Shown in pieces: positions 58,577-64,000 of a stretch of DNA of 64,000 bases. Within the stretch, counting starts at the first letter, position 1; each line of letters starts with the position of its first letter. The translations under genes were made by a program, and so were the position numbers. Source of the stretch: the human T2T-CHM13v2.0 reference genome, Homo sapiens; assembly GCF_009914755.1 (NCBI RefSeq), contig NC_060928.1; one strand, 5' to 3'. Below the pieces are notes generated by a model. The model was not told the DNA's origin and searched no databases. It saw only the letters and a program-made list of their open reading frames with translations.

Positions 58577-60910
58577 TCATGTTTCTTGAAAATAACATGT
58601 TAACTATACTATGTAACCCCAAGAATTTATCACCAAGAATACTTCCATGGTGCAACTGCTGATTATAATTTACCAATAAATGCCTCTATATAGCCAACAA
58701 CACACCATGAAAAGGAAAACAAAAGCCAGTTATTGTGAAACAAAGGCAAATTAAAGATACACAAACATCTTGAGTGTTAATATACTAAGAAGACAGTTAT
58801 TATAAAAGGGTATCTGAACCCACCTACATTATTGAACGTCTCTTAAATTTACTTAGCCAATTTCTAAGTCTCAATTACTTAGACTTTATAGGCACCTAAG
58901 GGTCTGGTCTTTTCCCAAGAAAATACCCCAGCCAAAATCTTTCACAGCAGGAAACAGAAGACATTTCAAAGTAGGTACCTGTACTTCAGCTTGTCTGTAA
59001 GACTTTTCCTTATGATTATCTATGCTTTCAATTGATCAATCATGCCTAAAATAGTGTCTTTTTTTGGTTATTACTAAGTAATTTAAAAGTTTTAGCAAGC
59101 AAATGCTAATATATCTGAAACTACCCATGAATACTTGTCTTTTGGATAAAAATTTACAGCATACAAATAGTCTACTAAGGACTTGTTTTGGTTTCAGTCC
59201 TCTGAAAGGAGAGAGTGGTGTACCACTCTCTGGTGTAGGTCCTTCTACACCATTTTCTAAAGATTTCCATGTCTATAAACCTTCAGCAGGATAAAGCCCA
59301 GCACCTCTTGCCTGTCTGTTTACTCCACAGCATAGCGACACCACAGTTTTCAGGGTAATTTCCCCAGCAGCCATGTGAACTGTGACTCACTGAGATTACA
59401 CAAAATTGGAATTTGGACTCCTTTCAAGTTTTACATTCATCACATAATCGGGATATAAAGCATCCCATATAGAGAAAGCAGCATTCAAAGAAATATACAG
59501 GATGTGCTTAAATAATACACACTATCAAATTTTACAGCTGTCTTTTTATATTCAAATGATATTAAACACACTATCATATTAAAATGAAAACACTTTAGAT
59601 CTAAAAATATATTGTTGAAACAAATGATATAGTGAGAAACAAGACCAAAATTTATTTTTATAAAATACAGTCTATAATTTCAGATTCAAAATACTACATA
59701 TAACTATACTTAAATATCTTCTAAACTATAATTTTAGGATTTATGTTTTTAAAAGTTATCTCTTCTGAGTTTCAAATTTAGTATTTTACAACATTCAAAT
59801 GTCTACATTGAATCTTTATGTTTCTTTTTAAAACTGGAACTGGGCATGAATATAATTCTAAAATGAGATTCCTGAAGTCAAAGAACTGTGTCTCAGATAA
59901 CCTTTCTCCTTAACTCATTAGAACCAAATAACTTCCTTAAAACTATACTTCCTTTCTTTTGACTGGGCTTCAGTTAGAGAGGTTCATGAGTTGGGCTTCA
60001 TTTTAACGTTTTTCTGGTTTTTGGATATTCCTCCAGGTTATTTTGACATCACTATTACATTGTATCATATCATCTCTCCAAACAAGCTGTTCATTGTATG
60101 TTGCTGTCAAGTATTTTGCTGAAATATAACCTAAAGGAAGAAATTATGCTTCTTGCTTCAATTTCCCTTAAGCATCAGTGACAGTTTCAATCATAACAAT
60201 TGCCAAGTTTGTACTTTGTATTCTGGATTCCTAATTATATGGGATGATTGAAGGTAATTCAAAAGTGTTTCAGAATTACCTACTGCCAAGATTCTGGAAA
60301 ATGTCTTTTGCAAAATGGAATGTTAATGTTCTGAGGACTGTATCTGCACTAACATGTTCTGTGCACTTTTATGGAAGGAGAGGGGAAAGGGCTATGTTCA
60401 TCCTAACAAATGTGGAGATGCCACTATTGTTCTGCCACTCTGTTGCCAAATACAGAGAATCTATTTGGTTTCTATTTTTAATTATATATATTGGTATACT
60501 GTTAATTTCTAAAGCTAAATGGTCTAAATTCAAGAGGGGTAGCCTGCTGAATATTTAAATGTGATGGTCATTTTTGTGTAGAACTTATAAAAGTATTCCA
60601 GACCATGAATGTCTGCATCTGAATGATGAGAATAAATAATGTTTCCTAAGAATCCTCTAAAATGAGCAATATTTTAATAGATGTTTTAGTTATCAAATAT
60701 CTATTTTAAACTCATTTGTTGCACAGAGCTATTAGATAAGCTCAGCTCTTGGTTTGTCTTATAAAATAGCAACTATTTATTTTCCTATCAAACTTGAGAC
60801 TTTGATAACTTATTCTTACCCTCATCTGCAAAGAAATAGTTGGATATCTTGATTTATTTCTATTTAAATTGGTAAAACCAGCTGCAACAACTGGCATTTG
60901 CAAGTGAGTG

Positions 60911-60953
60911 CACACACACAGACACATACAGACACACAGACACACAGACACAC
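60911..60953. repeat. CA/CAGA compound microsatellite
   Basis: CACACACACAGACACATACAGACACACAGACACACAGACACAC. Confidence 0.85.
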
Positions 60954-61310
60954 AAAGAATAACAATAAAATAAAAAGGCCTATTAGGGAAGTATATTATA
61001 AACTTCATTACAGAGGGATGGCCAAGAAAGAGAGCCATGACTCCTTTCTCCATTTTTATAAGACAGAGCACAAGTTGCATTTTGCAAGGCTATGGAGTTG
61101 TATTTTTTTTCCATTTATACCATTTCTTGTTAAAAGTAAGACTTTTTTTTGGTTGCATATGCATCTACAGACTCTAAATGTAGGCAAATAAGAACTATGA
61201 GACCAGTAAGTCACTTTTGGCTACTTCTGTTATGCTGATCAGGTGATAAAAATCTGGGATTCATATTAGGAGCCCTTCTGAATAGTTTAATTCCTTTACA
61301 GCCCCTATTA

Positions 61311-61472
<162 letters not shown>

Positions 61473-62394
61473 CTAGAAAAGACCCAAAGACCAACCATAT
61501 TATACTGAAATAAACAAAATTTATAAACAAAATTTAACACTCACACTATTGGCAAAGAAAATTAATAAGTTACTGCATTTAATCGGTGTCCTTTGTACCC
61601 GAGTCACCCTTCCCTTTTCCCAGCTGCTGGATTTAAACATTTCCAGTGAAACAACTCCCTGGCAACAATACCTTTCTTATCCTAATGGAATGTATTTGCC
61701 ATTTCATATTAAACTATTTAAGCAAAATGCTTTACGGTCTAGATGGCATCTCTCTCTATAACATAAATGGCATAAGACATTTCTCAGCAGTGATCCCTTC
61801 AGTTTAGTACCACTTGTGAAATAAAAAGCTAATGCTGTTTTAAGTATCATAAGCAGAAATTTATTACACACTATTTCTTTTTTCTATTTCTTATTATATA
61901 CACTTTGTTTAACTAAGGAAGGTAACAAGTTTATTTCATATGAGCTCTGCCACATTCCCACCTGGCTCAACATGCATTAAACAGCCCCATAACTAAAAAT
62001 ATTAACACAGAAAATGCAAGGCACAACTGTCCAAGTTACCAAAAAAAATGGAGTTTAAAGTTTGATGTTATTCAGAAAAATTCCACTGACATGAAACTCT
62101 TCAAAATCATATCCGTTGTGAAATAAGACATGTTAAATAATGTGAAAACACCATGAAAAATATAATGAGAGAGGAAATGGCTTGTAAAAATACTGTAAAG
62201 AAAGCTGGAGTTTTAATTGAGGTTAGGCTTGGGAAAACCTTACACTGAAACAAAACAAAACAAAAAATCCTTGCCCTCTTTCTTTACGGAGGAAAGAAGA
62301 TTTACATTCACAGCAATAAGAAACTCAGAAAGGCTCAGGGCCCTAATTGGGTAAGAAGGGGGTAATCCAATAATAATGAATTTTGACACAGAAG

Positions 62395-62895
62395 TAGCAG
62401 CATAGTGTGGTATAAAGAAAATAAGCTTTAGAGTCTGATCACTTTCCAAGGAAGCCTGCTCTGACCTCCCAATTTAAAACTGAAATCTGTCATCCTTTCT
62501 GGATTCCCTTTACTCTGTTCAAATTTACTTTTTACACAGTACCTGTCACTTTCTGTCCCACTGTAATTTACCTACTCTCTTGTTTAGTGTCTCTCTCTAC
62601 TCACTAGAGTCTCAGCTCCATGAGAGCAGGGATCTTCATATACTTTATTCCCTTATGTCCCCTAAAGGGTACAACAATTTCTGTAAAGTAAGCACTCAAT
62701 AAGTATTTGTTGAAGAACCACCTGGAATTCTGACTCTACTATTTACTAAGGAAATTAAATGACCAAGTATGCCTTTTAAATTTAGTTTCCTCACCTGTAA
62801 AATGACAATGTATTTACCTTGCAGGATTATTAAGATTAAATAAAATACTCTGTGTAAATAAGGGCTATACTGCAGACACTCAATAAATGTCAGTG
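62395..62895 (+). mobile_element. MIR split by an L2 3' end
   Basis: 5' part GCAGCATAGTGTGGT..GCTTTAGAGTC (to ~62440); 3' part TAGTTTCCTCACCTGTAAAATG..ACTCAATAAATGTCAG (from ~62720). Confidence 0.7.
62440..62718 (+). mobile_element. L2 3' end
   Basis: GGAAGCCTGCTCTGACC..CACTAGAGTCTCAGCTCCATGAGAGCAGGGA..GCACTCAATAAGTATTTGTTGAA. Confidence 0.85.
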
Positions 62896-63249
62896 TACAT
62901 TTTTTTTTTCTCTTTCATCTTCCTCAGCAGATTGGAAAGAATAGACAAATGTTAATGAGAGGGAGGCAAGGCCAGCACAAGTGGAATAGAAAGAAAACAC
63001 CACTGTTCTAAAGAGTGGCAGTCCCCTGGAATATACAAGTGACTTTGCAAACAAATAATTTCCCAAAACAATAAAATGCAGCCAATTTATCTCAGGAAAT
63101 GACATTTTCTTTTGGAATAGCTTGTAAGCATAAGGTTTGTAACTCAATACCTTTGAGGCAACTGCAAAACAAAGCCAAGTCCATGTTGCAAAAATCAGAG
63201 GAAAAGGGTAAAGACCCAGGAAACATGCAACAGCATAGCATATGATGAC

Positions 63250-63450
63250 AGACTACAAAGTATATAAATTATAATAATCAATATAAAAGTATTAAGTACC
63301 CTTATTAAAAGATAAGACTCAATTAGGGTAAAAAGCAAAATGCAAACACACGCATACTGTACTTGAGAAATACATTTACAAAAAATAACACATACACAAA
63401 CACTATTTTAAGAGAGGGATTAGAATGTGCATGAAAGTGTACAAAATGAG
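63250..63450 (+). mobile_element. Old L1M ORF2 N-terminal relic
   Basis: AATATAAAAGTATTAAGTACCCTTATTAAAAGATAAGACTC..AAAAAGCAAAAT..TACTGTACTTGAGAAATACA resembles the NVNGLN.PIKR..CCLQETH coding DNA. Confidence 0.5.
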
Positions 63451-63714
63451 GCTGATAGAGTGTAATGGGTACTAAGTAGTACTTCCTCAGAAGAATCTTG
63501 GATAGACAGAGAGAGAGCAAGCCTTTGAAGAACCAGGAGTATCACTTGTATGACTGTCTCCTAGTCAAAGATTTATATACATGATGCTCATACAGAATCA
63601 TATATAAAAGTGAAAATTACAAATGACTTATTTGGCCAATTAAAATTAATAAGCATATTCATTTTGATATAATCAGATTTAGAAATATTTTTCAGCTGTT
63701 AAAAATATTAATCT

Positions 63715-64000
63715 TTTTTTTTTTTGAGTCAAGATGTCGCTGTCACCCATGCTGGAGTGCAGTGGCATTAATCTTGGTTCACTGCAGCCTCGACCTCCCT
63801 CGACTCACATTTTAGCCTCTGGAGAAGCTGGGACTACAGGCAGATGCCACCATGCCCAGCTAACTTTTTTTTTTTTTTTTTTTTTTTTGTATTTTTTACC
63901 TATGAGATTTTACCATGTTGCTCAGGCTGATCTCATACTACTGGGCTCAAGGGATCCTTCTGCCTCAGTCTCCGAAAGTGCTGGGAAAACAGATGTGAAG
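63715..64000 (-). mobile_element. AluJ (Jo/Jr-like), runs off the window edge
   Basis: CACTGCAGCCTCGACCTCC, CTGGGCTCAAGGGATCC; middle A-rich linker expanded to about T24. Confidence 0.9.

Noticed and set aside
59820-60130. Possible CR1/L3 relic
   Set aside because: The resemblance is too faint to support without an HMM search.

Overview
This is AT-rich primate (very probably human) non-coding DNA, intergenic or deep intronic. I can support no host protein-coding exon, RNA gene or CRISPR array. The long ORFs are LINE-1 pieces, and the recognisable short ones are Alu or ERV pieces or their antisense shadows. Main content: (1) a young L1PA2-like LINE-1 (9361-14682, minus) with an intact 5' promoter, a 16-bp TSD and a ~0.74-kb internal ORF2 deletion, inserted into the integrase of an old ERVL/LTR16 provirus; (2) a 2-kb L1 ORF2 fragment (16745-18736, plus) with no 3' end, poly(A) or TSD, lying downstream of the first L1's antisense promoter/ORF0 behind an in-frame splice-acceptor-like site; (3) an AluYa5 with a 16-bp TSD; (4) a ~14.5-kb nested stack (35728-50275): an MLT1 MaLR provirus containing MLT2, LTR16, AluSc and an old L1M, which itself contains a full-length L1PB with two tandem 3' ends; (5) many old MIR/L2/MER/MST/L1M relics; (6) several short fold-back palindromes that depart from the repeat consensus and look like template-switch scars. 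Subfamily names come from recalled diagnostic motifs, not a database search, and old-repeat boundaries are approximate. I found no convincing new biological system; the best leads are retroelement-structure anomalies.
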